From the NCBI GenBank assembly GCA_018649885.1, contig JABIHA010000041.1:1-53764 (forward strand): a stretch of DNA of 53,764 bases, given 5' to 3'. Under the pieces are notes generated by a model. The model did no database searches and was not told the DNA's origin. It worked only from the letters and a program-made list of their open reading frames with translations. Position 1 is the first letter of the stretch. Each line of letters starts with the position of its first letter. The position numbers and the translations under genes are program-made. Positions 18,497 through 28,347 of the stretch are shown here, in pieces. The stretch is from Bacteriovoracaceae bacterium (GTDB taxonomy: Bacteria > Bdellovibrionota > Bacteriovoracia > Bacteriovoracales > Bacteriovoracaceae).

Positions 18497-19639
18497 CTAC
18501 TCCAGATCAGACATCAATTTTAAATAATAAACTCTAGTGCCTTCCATAACTTTGATAATTTTTTCTGACAAACGAAATCCTGTTGAGCCTATATACTTCT
18601 GTGCCGATAGTATCTTGCCCAGGGCATTTTTAATTTTGGCCCTGGTATAAACCTTGGCCTTTTGTTGATCACTTACATTTAATTTTATTAAATGGCTTCC
18701 AAGATATTTTGGATACCACTTATCATCATCAACTTCAGTATACTTGGACTCCCTCCCAAACCAAGCGTGGGAGTCTAGGTCATAATCATAGGGAACAAAG
18801 TGAATCACACCTTTCACTAAAAATGCTTCGTTATTGTCCCTAATGGTCAAATCTCCACTAGCACGCAAAACCCTTGCAGGAATATAGAGGTCTACTAGAG
18901 TTTTAAATAGATCTAGCTCACTTCCAATAAGCTTTTTTACATAGCGAAATCTTCTTTGATGATAAACAGATTTTTTAATAAACCACTTAGGCTTATCTCG
19001 AAGTTTAGGCCAAATCTCCCAGTCCTCTATAGGCACCAGCTCATCTGCACCTATGATGTTTCCTCCCAACCTGGACGCTATATCCGAAACAGACTCCAGC
19101 AGTATTGCGTTTCCATAGCTCACTTTTTTTCCTTCTAAACTATGGTAATTAGCTGCCGCTAGCTTGACCTGGAAAGAATCCTCACCTAATAAAATTTGAG
19201 AAACACGATATCTATAAAATTCCATCAGCACGACTTCATTGGGAGACAGACCAATCCAAGGCTGAATTGTATCTGGATTCAAATTGCAATGAGTAACAAT
19301 TTTAAGTTTTTTATTGATTCCCTTAAGTGGTCCAAAAGTTGGCGCCCCCAGTGAGAATTTAACCCTCAAAGGTTTCATTCCTTCACAGTAATCAATTCTC
19401 GAATTCCCGCGTGGCCTAATCACTGCAGGGTACTGAGTGCTTCCTATTTTTAAAAATCCATTCGACGAGAAAGGAGATCTTTTCTGGAATCTCGATCCAA
19501 TGGAACCTATCAAATCAAAATCGGCACTTATATCTACAGACACAGGGGTATCAGGGTCACTAAATATAGCGCTCGCCCCTGAGCCAAGGGCCACTGGTAT
19601 TAAGATCATCGAAAAAAAGAAAATTTTGATAAGCTTCAC
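18497..19639 (-). CDS. Secreted CotH-like kinase-fold protein
   Basis: Signal peptide; RGNSR..C..PLRVKF, KLKIVTHC, E...Y and VPYDYD motifs resemble CotH-related proteins. Confidence 0.6.
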   Translation of the reverse strand: MKLIKIFFFSMILIPVALGSGASAIFSDPDTPVSVDISADFDLIGSIGSRFQKRSPFSSNGFLKIGSTQYPAVIRPRGNSRIDYCEGMKPLRVKFSLGAPTFGPLKGINKKLKIVTHCNLNPDTIQPWIGLSPNEVVLMEFYRYRVSQILLGEDSFQVKLAAANYHSLEGKKVSYGNAILLESVSDIASRLGGNIIGADELVPIEDWEIWPKLRDKPKWFIKKSVYHQRRFRYVKKLIGSELDLFKTLVDLYIPARVLRASGDLTIRDNNEAFLVKGVIHFVPYDYDLDSHAWFGRESKYTEVDDDKWYPKYLGSHLIKLNVSDQQKAKVYTRAKIKNALGKILSAQKYIGSTGFRLSEKIIKVMEGTRVYYLKLMSDLE

Positions 19640-19884
19640 CTTTCTTACCTTGAGAATTGTTTAATTAAAGCTCTTTACTATAGAGAAGAAATGCAGAAAT
19701 GGAACAACCCGCAAATTAATGTAATTGTTACACACGAACTAGGGGCCAAACATAAAAACCATTGATTCATCTCAGTGTTACGTACACGTGAAACAATAAA
19801 CGCATACTTCATTGCGTCGCATCATTCCTTATGCTATAGCCAGATTAGGAATTGGATACAAAGAATAATAAACTGGAGGTCTTG

Positions 19885-20745
19885 ATGAGATTACTAATCT
19901 TAATTGCACTAATATCTGCAAGTTTTGCACAAGCTGCGGATTACTCACCTGAAATTAAAGCTGAGCTAGAAAGACAGCAAAAGCTACGGGCATTTAGGAG
20001 CTGTGCCTATGGAGGCACTGTTGAAGAAGGTGTTGGCATTGCTGCTGCTGTATCGGCTGTGGGAATGGCAGCTTCATTTAGTACTTTTGGAGTTTTTGGG
20101 TTTGAAGATTCTCCGGGCCTCATTGATATGGGTTTTACTGAAAGAAGAAATACTCTAATTGGATACGGAATCACTCTAGGCGTTTTGGGAAGTGTTTCTG
20201 GCACTGCATTCGCCGTTAATGCCCTTAGATCAAACTTGGCGGGACCTGTACTGAAGGAATTGGCTCACTCAATAGAGCCTATCAATGTAGTCGATAGTGA
20301 GCTTGCTGAAAATAAGCTCCAAGCGATAGATGACTATTATAGAGTTCTTAATAGAGAAGCAAGAATGGATGTTCTCAGGCAAATTGATTTTAAAAGTTAC
20401 CAAGATTTAAAAGGTAAAAAAAGATATCAAAAAAGAATGGAAAAGAAGGCCTTGAGATTGTCTCGATTTAAGGCAACAAATAAACTCATTTCCCTTTTAA
20501 AAGAAAAGGAAGGTATTAGCTATACAGTTGATGAACTCAAAGATCTTTTCTTTAAAAATGCTCTCACTCTTTGTGACGGTACTCTTAAAGATAGAGAAGT
20601 AAAAACTCGTACTAATGCCGAAGCCAAATACTTAGTTTGCAATGATGTAAAAGAGTGCGAGCTACTTCCCTTTCACAGTATTTATGGAGCCCGTTTCCTT
20701 CCAACGAACAAACAACTGGTTCAATATTTAGTAGATCAAAAATAA
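19885..20745 (+). CDS. Secreted/membrane hypothetical protein
   Basis: GGAGG RBS, signal peptide, two Gly/Ala-rich hydrophobic segments. Confidence 0.75.
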   Translation: MRLLILIALISASFAQAADYSPEIKAELERQQKLRAFRSCAYGGTVEEGVGIAAAVSAVGMAASFSTFGVFGFEDSPGLIDMGFTERRNTLIGYGITLGVLGSVSGTAFAVNALRSNLAGPVLKELAHSIEPINVVDSELAENKLQAIDDYYRVLNREARMDVLRQIDFKSYQDLKGKKRYQKRMEKKALRLSRFKATNKLISLLKEKEGISYTVDELKDLFFKNALTLCDGTLKDREVKTRTNAEAKYLVCNDVKECELLPFHSIYGARFLPTNKQLVQYLVDQK

Positions 20746-20754
20746 AGTAAAATA

Positions 20755-20786
20755 CAATGTACGGCGATCAGGATCGCCGTACATTG
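20755..20786 (+). terminator. Stem-loop after the 19885 gene
   Basis: Perfect 15-bp IR CAATGTACGGCGATC-ag-GATCGCCGTACATTG. Confidence 0.75.
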
Positions 20787-20895
20787 CTTCTAACCTGCCC
20801 AAATTACAGCATTTCCCAATATTTCCAAAAAAGATTGCAATCAAATTGGCCACTAAAAGGTCTTAAGAGTAAATAAGTCTTTTCTGGAGGTATCA

Positions 20896-21279
20896 ATGAA
20901 GACAACTATAGTAGTAATGACATTAATTTTATCCACAGGGGCCTTTGCTCTAACGCCCACAACTAAAACAGCAGTCCAAAGTACAATGAAAACCTACGTC
21001 AACTCTCTTGTGAAGCAAAATGGCTTTATGCCAGTACTATTTGAGGGAAAGGTTCTCAAACTTAAATTGAAAAAAACGGATAAATACCCAGATGGCTTTC
21101 ATGCCGGAGTCAAAGACAATGCTAGCTTGTATACAAGTTGTGCTGACTTCCAAGATGCTAGTGGGAAAAAGTATGACATTGATTTTCTTGTAAGCAAAAC
21201 AGGAAGTTCTTTCAGTGTTGTTCAACCTATTGTTCACTCGATAAATGGTGAAAAAAACCAGTACGATTTGGCCCATTGA
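20896..21279 (+). CDS. Small secreted protein, first gene of the ECF operon
   Basis: GGAGG RBS, signal peptide ending AFA, overlaps the sigma start. Confidence 0.85.
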   Translation: MKTTIVVMTLILSTGAFALTPTTKTAVQSTMKTYVNSLVKQNGFMPVLFEGKVLKLKLKKTDKYPDGFHAGVKDNASLYTSCADFQDASGKKYDIDFLVSKTGSSFSVVQPIVHSINGEKNQYDLAH

Positions 21280-21728
21280 GTTTTAATAGACAAGACCTCG
21301 ATTCATTTTATAGATATGCTTTGAGTTTAACGCGCAAAGAAGAGTGGGCCTATGACCTTGTCTCTCATGGAGTGGAGAAGGTCTTAAGCCGCCCTTTTGT
21401 TTTAAATAAAAAGGCCTATGCCAAAAGATGTATTCGAAACAAATTTTTTGATGAATACCAAAGAAAAGAAGAAGCTGTCGCATTTATAGACGAAGAAGTT
21501 TCACTAGATGATCTAGAGAAGACGGCCATTAATAAAGACCTCATTCAAAAAGTACTGAAAGTTTTAAACCCAGAAGAAAGAGAGCTTCTCTACCTTTGGG
21601 CAATGGAAGACTATAGCTTAAGTGAGATTGCGAGTCTTACTAAAACTCCAAGGGGAACGCTGAGTTCAAGACTAGCGCGCTTAAAAAAGAAATTAAAAAG
21701 CACAAACTGGGAGGAAACTCATGAGTAG
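21276..21728 (+). CDS. ECF sigma-70 factor
   Basis: Region 2 (YRYALSLT..AYDLV..IRNKFFD) and region 4 (LNPEERELL..YSLSEIA..PRGTLSSRLAR). Confidence 0.92.
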   Translation: MSFNRQDLDSFYRYALSLTRKEEWAYDLVSHGVEKVLSRPFVLNKKAYAKRCIRNKFFDEYQRKEEAVAFIDEEVSLDDLEKTAINKDLIQKVLKVLNPEERELLYLWAMEDYSLSEIASLTKTPRGTLSSRLARLKKKLKSTNWEETHE

Positions 21729-22251
21729 TTTTAAAAACCAAATAAAAAACTATTACCAGTCAAAAGAACTCTCTGCCTCTCAACTTGAAAGACTTCAAGG
21801 GAAAAGCTCGATGTCACTTTTATGGAGTGCAGGTGCAGGGCTCGCAATTAGCTGTTTTGCACTTTTAATATTTTTTTCGACTGCAAAAATAGAAAACCAA
21901 ATAGTAGATGAAATTGTTTACAACCATGGAAAAAACCTATCTGTAGAGATAAGCTCAAGTGATTTAATCAAAATTGGGAAAGCTCTACCCAAACTAGATT
22001 TTACATTGGCCCAAAGCTCTCGACTTCCCCCAGGTAAATGGAAGGTTTTGGGAGCAAGGTATTGTAGTATCCAGGGTAAGATTGCCGCCCAGTTAAAGCT
22101 TGAGAATATCTCAAATGGACATGTCTACACTCTTTATCAAACACATTTAACCAAAGAGATGAAAGGCATTGATCACAAAGACCAAGTAAGTGGGGCCAGT
22201 GTACAATTATGGACAGAGAAAGGACTACTGATGGGACTAGTGGGACCTTGA
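21721..22251 (+). CDS. Putative membrane anti-sigma factor
   Basis: Overlaps the ECF gene; single TM followed by a periplasmic domain (NH, GARYCSIQG). Confidence 0.75.
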   Translation: MSSFKNQIKNYYQSKELSASQLERLQGKSSMSLLWSAGAGLAISCFALLIFFSTAKIENQIVDEIVYNHGKNLSVEISSSDLIKIGKALPKLDFTLAQSSRLPPGKWKVLGARYCSIQGKIAAQLKLENISNGHVYTLYQTHLTKEMKGIDHKDQVSGASVQLWTEKGLLMGLVGP

Positions 22252-22409
22252 GTTTAAAGAGTTCTTACTTCTCGAATATAGCCTGAAAAGCAGAGGCAAG
22301 TGAAAAGCAAACACCTTTTGGTGGTGAAGACTCTGTAAAATTGCACACCTGATCATATATTGAGAGGTTAATATTTAAAAAGGACAAATTTTGGAAGATG
22401 ATAGATTGG

Positions 22410-22751
22410 TCAATTTATTTCATGTAAATTGTTTCCCACTGGTCCAATTAGTTTCTCACCCTTTTTTAGTGCACGAAAGCTAATAAGTGTCGCCTGTGAC
22501 CCTGCACATTTTACCTTTTTGGAAATTTTGAAGGAGAGGTAATAGCTTTTAATACCCACGGTATGTAATTTCTCCGACAAAGGACCGGTAAGTTTTATCA
22601 TACACCTCAGGCGGCTTTTAGAATTAAAAACCACTTTGGGACCTGATTCCGAAACTATCACCTTTGCCACCACAGAATATATATTTTGCTCTAGCCAAAT
22701 CGAAGACATGACGTGTGTGGATAATAATATTAAAAAAATCAATTTCACCAT
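22410..22751 (-). CDS. Small secreted hypothetical protein
   Basis: Signal-peptide-like N-terminus; overlaps the upstream gene's stop. Confidence 0.6.
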   Translation of the reverse strand: MVKLIFLILLSTHVMSSIWLEQNIYSVVAKVIVSESGPKVVFNSKSRLRCMIKLTGPLSEKLHTVGIKSYYLSFKISKKVKCAGSQATLISFRALKKGEKLIGPVGNNLHEIN

Positions 22752-24124
22752 CTACTCCCACAAATATCGGGGGCCTTGTCTGTTTTAAAATTAAAACTTA
22801 AACAGCAATAGGAGCTAATATACTCCTCAATTTTATCCTTAGGGGCCTTAAGTAGGAAAATCATATGATCATTTAATAATTCCACTCCATATTCTTCTCC
22901 CATAGTTCTTTCAAAAAAATCACGATCTTCAAGCTTTGCCTCTTCATCTAACATTACTTGTTCTGACTCAAGACAGTTGTACATTCCTTCTAGCAAAATT
23001 TTATCATCAGAGTTGTACTCTGAACACTCATCAACAATGGAAAGGATATTACTTTTAAATTCATCAATAATTTTTGAACTTGAATCATCTTTTAATAATT
23101 GAGTAAATATACTTGTAGCTTGCTGAGCTGGATTTTCCAAACTCTTAAAAAATGGGCAATAATTATTAGGTATTCCCTCACTGGTAAGCCAGTTTCTTAC
23201 AATCGAATCAAGAGATGTATTTGGCCTATTAAGAGGATCTTGAACCATTGAGCAAGTATGGGCCCTAAGTTGATCTCCATACTTTTCCAAATTCTTTCCA
23301 TAAACAAGATCATATGTTCTTGGAAACAATACATCATTTCCATAGCTATAAGTATCTCGGTCTGACATAGCTACAGAGCAAATGCTAGATCCAGCCTCAG
23401 ATGCTTTAGATAAATCCACAAACCCTCCACCAAAGCACACTTGGTTAGCTAAGTGAATAGTAAGCCCCTCAGGAGCAGCATCTAAAAGAGCTTCCAGCTC
23501 AGAGCGGTACAAGTCGTCAACATCGTCCCCCATACCAATGAGGAAGTCCTCATGACCCTGAATGTCTGTTTTTAGACCATGATCATCTAAATTAATATAT
23601 AAGTGATCACCTGATTTGGCCTTTTCATAAATTTCTTTAAGGGACTGTTCAAAATTTACACTTGAGCTACTACCATCGACTTCATTTTGACCATCACCAT
23701 TAAAATCAAGAAAATCTTTTTCGCTTGATGAACAAATTATCTCATCATCATAAGCCCCTTCAAAAAACATGAAAAGCTCATTGGCCACCCCACAGTCTGT
23801 AGGATTTCTTAAAAACTTCGCCTTTAGATCAATCATCTTTTTAGAAATTTCTTCTTTAGTTCTGGAAAAACAATATGGCCCACTTGTTGGACCCAGTTGA
23901 ACGGCGATATTTTCTGAATTAGTAAAACTAGACGTAGCCTGATATTGACTTTGGATACCGGTATAAAAGGCTTCCAATGTACTTACTCCACTGCCTCCCC
24001 CACTCGAAAGTATGTAATAGTTTTCTGAATAGCAAACACCACTAAAAAGTAATATTATTAAAGAAATAGTAATTTTTCTCAACCTACAAACCTCGACGTC
24101 CCCTCCATTTCGGAGTTTAGACAC
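22745..24124 (-). CDS. Secreted clan CD (C13/legumain/caspase-like) cysteine peptidase
   Basis: LYINLDDHG (His-Gly) and ANQVCFGGGF (Cys) dyad pattern; hydrophobic signal segment. Confidence 0.7.
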   Translation of the reverse strand: MSKLRNGGDVEVCRLRKITISLIILLFSGVCYSENYYILSSGGGSGVSTLEAFYTGIQSQYQATSSFTNSENIAVQLGPTSGPYCFSRTKEEISKKMIDLKAKFLRNPTDCGVANELFMFFEGAYDDEIICSSSEKDFLDFNGDGQNEVDGSSSSVNFEQSLKEIYEKAKSGDHLYINLDDHGLKTDIQGHEDFLIGMGDDVDDLYRSELEALLDAAPEGLTIHLANQVCFGGGFVDLSKASEAGSSICSVAMSDRDTYSYGNDVLFPRTYDLVYGKNLEKYGDQLRAHTCSMVQDPLNRPNTSLDSIVRNWLTSEGIPNNYCPFFKSLENPAQQATSIFTQLLKDDSSSKIIDEFKSNILSIVDECSEYNSDDKILLEGMYNCLESEQVMLDEEAKLEDRDFFERTMGEEYGVELLNDHMIFLLKAPKDKIEEYISSYCCLSFNFKTDKAPDICGSRW

Positions 24125-24500
24125 CCAAAATCAAATAAAATAAGCTTGTTGTGGTGGAAATATTGATGGTTTATTAGAAAGCTTGAGTAAAAAACACGGT
24201 GTAGGTTTTTGCAGACCTTTCCCTAATTATAGGGAGAAGTCTGCGGACCCGTTTTCTCTGACCACAAATGCTGCTTGTCTCTCAAATAGCAACAAATAGG
24301 CCCTATCTCATAAGGTGGTATAGCTTGGTTATGCTTACCCCTTCCCCAACTTCAGTGATCAATCTGAGATATTTATGCCACAATTCAGGGTATTTATCCC
24401 TTCAATTTTCTATACTTACATACAAATTAATAGAAAACTCAGAATATGTGGCCAAGCATTTAAAATCACAATATCTAGTAGTATCTATAATCAAGCAATT

Positions 24501-25136
24501 CTAGACTTTGATTACCACCTCTTCTAGTGGGAAACGAACTTTTTTGAGCTCAGAGTATTTATCTTCGCTACTTCTATGGCCTATGGCACAAACAACTGTG
24601 GCATCGAGTCCACGACTTGGTAATGATAAAATTTGGTTGTATTGTTCGCGGTCAAAGCCCTCCATGGGACAGCTATCGACTCCCATCATGGCGGTCACGG
24701 ATAGTAAATTGCCAAGAGCTATATAGGCCTGTTTTCTCATCCACTCCAGTTGTTGCCCTGGATTCATTCTTCCAATAAACCCCTCGATTAATTCTTTATA
24801 TCCGGCCAGTGAGCTCACTTCAACTGCTCTTTGCTCAGCTGATGTGTTGATAAAATGATCTAAATGCTCTGGAGAAAATTGCTCTGGCGTACACAAAATA
24901 AGAAGATGAGATGCATCTACAATTTGAGACTGATTCCAGCTGGCCGGTCGCAATCTTTTCCGAATTACTGGGTCCTCAACTATTAGAAGTTTCCACGGTG
25001 AAAGTCCAAAAGAAGAGGGAGTTAGTCTGGTGGCCTCAAAAATTGTTCCTAATTGTTCATTATTTAATTTTTTAGAAGGGTCAAACATCTTCGTTGCATA
25101 TCTCCATCTAAGTTGTTCGGTAATTTTGCTATTCAT
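24501..25136 (-). CDS. NfsB-like NAD(P)H nitroreductase
   Basis: WRYATKMFD, PSSFGLSPW, KQAYIALG, DSCPMEGFD motifs. Confidence 0.93.
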   Translation of the reverse strand: MNSKITEQLRWRYATKMFDPSKKLNNEQLGTIFEATRLTPSSFGLSPWKLLIVEDPVIRKRLRPASWNQSQIVDASHLLILCTPEQFSPEHLDHFINTSAEQRAVEVSSLAGYKELIEGFIGRMNPGQQLEWMRKQAYIALGNLLSVTAMMGVDSCPMEGFDREQYNQILSLPSRGLDATVVCAIGHRSSEDKYSELKKVRFPLEEVVIKV

Positions 25137-25246
25137 TAATAATCCTTTTTTTAACTTGCCCTTAATCAATTCGAGCAATATAAACACTAAGCGATTTATA
25201 AACAAGTACGCACAATTAAGTACAATAGTTACCAAAAGGATACTGT

Positions 25247-25600
25247 GTGAAAAACCTACCTCTGGACCTAGAATGCCCTGTACAATATGCCCTCAATGTA
25301 TTTGGAGGAAAATGGAAGGTACTGATTATACATCAATTGCAAGACCAAACACTGCGGTTCTCCGAGTTAAAAAGGGCCATATCAGGCGTTACTCAAAAAA
25401 TGCTGACTTCTCAATTAAGAGAGCTTGAAAATGACGAACTGGTAAAAAGGGTTGTCTACCCACAGGTCCCGCCCAAAGTTGAGTACTCTTTAACTCCCTT
25501 TGGAAAAACTCTAATACCTGTAATGGATTGCCTATGTCAGTGGGGTGAAACGTACAAAAATCACAAATTACAAACGGCCCGAGCTGAAGTCACAATATAG
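25247..25600 (+). CDS. HxlR family winged-helix regulator, divergent from the nitroreductase
   Basis: CPV..AL...GGKWK, RFSELKR, QKMLTSQLRELE, VPPKVEYSLT motifs. Confidence 0.95.
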   Translation: MKNLPLDLECPVQYALNVFGGKWKVLIIHQLQDQTLRFSELKRAISGVTQKMLTSQLRELENDELVKRVVYPQVPPKVEYSLTPFGKTLIPVMDCLCQWGETYKNHKLQTARAEVTI

Positions 25601-25611
25601 CGACCGAACTC

Positions 25612-27072
25612 TTATGATGAAAGTTTTTCTTCACGGATTACATGGAAAATTGTCTTTTTTCCGCGCTGGGATTTACTAATGAGCCCACAGTCTTGCCACT
25701 CTTTGAGAAGTGAATAGGCACTACTTTTTTTGATATCGTAGAAGCTCATAAGCTCATCGATGCCAAAGCTACTCATTGTTTCTAAAAATAACGGCGTTGA
25801 AATTTGAGGGTCCCAATTACTATAAATTCGTTGTGCATCTTCAGGCTTAAGACAGAGCCATTCTCCTTCTTGAATAAGTTTAATGCCAAATCTAGTATTT
25901 ACTCTTGCAATTAATTTTTTCAGCCTATCTTTATGGAAGAAATGACCAAATAAATCATCACTCCACAAAAGCTCAAAGAGCCTAATCTTAGTAATGCCAA
26001 TGATGCCTGTTCTTTTGAGGTACCCCAAGAGCTCAATTTCCTTGGTTAGTATAGGGGACGTCTGCCCCATGAAGACAAATTCACTGCGGCCAAAGAAAAT
26101 CGAGATATTCGCCTCACTGGCCACACCTATTTCAAACTTAGATTTAGAATTTTTCAAAAGATATATGTAATCATCTATTCCGGGGTAACACTCCATAGAT
26201 TCTTGAACTTCGGGGTCAATTGTAGTGACCTCCATTAAAAAATCCAGCATAAAGAAAAATCCCTCTGCTTTAAAGTAGTTTCTTTTTATTTCACTAAATT
26301 CGGCTTCCAGGTAGTGCTTTAATTCAGTTTCATGACCATCATCTTTAATGCCCAATTTCCCCTTGGCATACAACTTGAAACCTAAAAACAAGCTCTTTGC
26401 CGATATCTTCTCACTCCTTGCAATTTTCATCTCAGCCACTTCATCAAGTAAATCTAGACCAGCACGGTAATTACCTTTGAAAATCTCATTGAGGCTCCGA
26501 AAAAAGCAAGCAAAACACTGAGCAATTTCATCATCAAAACTAAGCAAGGTATCAATTAAATCATCGGCCCTCTCAAATTGTTTTGAGTAAATATGTGAAA
26601 GAATAAAATTTTGAAAACAAATTCTTCTTTTTAGATAGGAGTCATAAGAAAGATCACCAAGTGCTTTGTAGAAAAAGCCGATGGCCTTGTCAAAATACCC
26701 ATTTAAAAAGTAAATCCCACCCAATAAGTGAAATTCAGTAGGACGAAAGACATGAGCATTTTCTACTAATTTAATTGCAGATTTTCCGGCTCCTCTAAAG
26801 TTTAATAAAACCGCCGCATAAAAGGCCCGTTGCCCAAGACTGTAGCGAGTATCTATTTCTCCAGGAGGAAATTTGTGCACATCCAAGGTTTTAAGCCCCT
26901 GCCTAATATCTCCATTAAGTTTATGCCATATAAATACACGCTCAATGTCTTCAAAAGAATCTGTGAAATGGTGACGCATATAATATTTGATGAGCTTACT
27001 AGAATCCCCTAAGGCCTCAATAGTGGTCTTAATCTCAGCAATAAGTTGTGTTTTATCTTTTATAGAGCTCAC
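25612..27072 (-). CDS. TPR-repeat protein with C-terminal winged-helix domains (putative regulator)
   Basis: TPR-like LLGGIYFLNGYFDKAIGFFYKAL; OmpR-like LFELLW..RLKKLIARVN; terminal HTH KSSAYSLLKEW..GLISK.QRGKKTIF. Confidence 0.7.
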   Translation of the reverse strand: MSSIKDKTQLIAEIKTTIEALGDSSKLIKYYMRHHFTDSFEDIERVFIWHKLNGDIRQGLKTLDVHKFPPGEIDTRYSLGQRAFYAAVLLNFRGAGKSAIKLVENAHVFRPTEFHLLGGIYFLNGYFDKAIGFFYKALGDLSYDSYLKRRICFQNFILSHIYSKQFERADDLIDTLLSFDDEIAQCFACFFRSLNEIFKGNYRAGLDLLDEVAEMKIARSEKISAKSLFLGFKLYAKGKLGIKDDGHETELKHYLEAEFSEIKRNYFKAEGFFFMLDFLMEVTTIDPEVQESMECYPGIDDYIYLLKNSKSKFEIGVASEANISIFFGRSEFVFMGQTSPILTKEIELLGYLKRTGIIGITKIRLFELLWSDDLFGHFFHKDRLKKLIARVNTRFGIKLIQEGEWLCLKPEDAQRIYSNWDPQISTPLFLETMSSFGIDELMSFYDIKKSSAYSLLKEWQDCGLISKSQRGKKTIFHVIREEKLSS

Positions 27073-27295
27073 GGTTGTACTATCGGATTAAACAAACCGA
27101 AACCAAAGTTAAATAAATCAAATTTAGATTGAGCTCAACTGCAGAGCATAATTCACAAAATTTGACCAAAAACTTCACCAAATCTTGATTTTTTGTCAAA
27201 AACAAGCTCTTAACTAACCTCCACGTTTAAGTTCTCGAAAAAATGTATATAAACTTATAGCTTAAAAAAAATCAGTTTATGGGCAGGAGATATCT

Positions 27296-27545
27296 ATGAA
27301 AACATTCATTCTGATAATGGTTTCTTTCATTTTCAAGGCTCAGCAGACAAGAATGTAAAACTAACTCACTTTGCACAACTTGCAAGTGAGTTAGAAGAAA
27401 ACCATATTTCACATGAAATGATTACCTATAGTGGTGCACCTCACGCCTTTACTGTTTTTGGTTCAAAACGCCATAGAAAAGATGCAGGCGAAAAATAGTG
27501 GAAAAGATTTACTAGTTTTTTAACTGAAACTACAAAAAAAAAAAC
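27296..27545 (+). pseudogene. Dienelactone hydrolase family remnant
   Basis: AGGAG RBS + MKTFILIMVSFIF signal-like start. Another frame gives GSADKNV..FAQLASELE..HEMITYSGAPHAFTVFGS..K*WKRFTSFL, with a TAG at 27496. Confidence 0.8.
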
Positions 27546-27738
27546 TTCCTGCTGCCACAAAATATGTACCCTGCCCCGTTTTGGCCACATTGCCACCGGT
27601 TCTACCAACTTTTCTGACATATACTTAATTCACCGTCCCGTACTAGCTTTCGGGACGGTATTAAGGCCCTAACTCTTGCGCCTACTACCTTGGCCTTTTA
27701 AGCTAATTAAGAGAATACCCATCATGGAGGAAGGGCAA

Positions 27739-28347
27739 ATGAAGTTTGTAGAACTAACAAGTGAAAAAGAAATCAACACCTATAGAGAGATGACTTCTGT
27801 TCAAGTTGATGTACTTTTTCCGATTGAATATTTAAAAAGAAGCAGAGTAGTTGTCTGGATGGACCATGAAGGAGTCATCAAAGGAGGATTTGTCATTGTC
27901 ACAAAACCACCTTTTAGAGTTTTAGAATCAATCCCTCAAAGAGTCAGAAACCACTTAGATGTTGAGCCCTTTGAATGCGTTGAAGTGACAGGGCTGTGGC
28001 TTCATCATTCACTCGAAAATAAAAGAGACTCCGCTAGGTTTTGGTTAAAACTTTATAGGGAAGTTTGGAGTATGAAAAAAGAAAATATTATTTATGCCTA
28101 TGATATAAAAAAGAAAAAGCTCAAAAATATTTATCAAAAAGGAAAACCAGAAGTTTTGTACAAAGGCATCACTATTAGACTTCAGGGCATGAAAACTAGT
28201 GAGGTAGAATCAGTTGAGATGGTAAGAAGAAAAAATGTACTGCTCACTCCCCTATTTACTCCCTCTTTTTTAATTTCAAGACTCTTTGGAAAAAGAAGAA
28301 TGTCCCATTTAGATATAGTTCCCTCAAATTTTCAGGAGAGGAAATGA
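27739..28347 (+). CDS. Hypothetical protein, probable GNAT/acyltransferase fold (LuxI/FeeM-like)
   Basis: G.IKGGFV..PPFRVLE and CVEVTGLWL pattern; fold assignment is tentative. Confidence 0.55.
   Translation: MKFVELTSEKEINTYREMTSVQVDVLFPIEYLKRSRVVVWMDHEGVIKGGFVIVTKPPFRVLESIPQRVRNHLDVEPFECVEVTGLWLHHSLENKRDSARFWLKLYREVWSMKKENIIYAYDIKKKKLKNIYQKGKPEVLYKGITIRLQGMKTSEVESVEMVRRKNVLLTPLFTPSFLISRLFGKRRMSHLDIVPSNFQERK

Noticed and set aside
24268..24504. 78-aa ORF and nearby hairpin (24211-24244)
   Set aside because: No RBS or motif; the hairpin lacks a correctly placed U-tract, so no function can be assigned.
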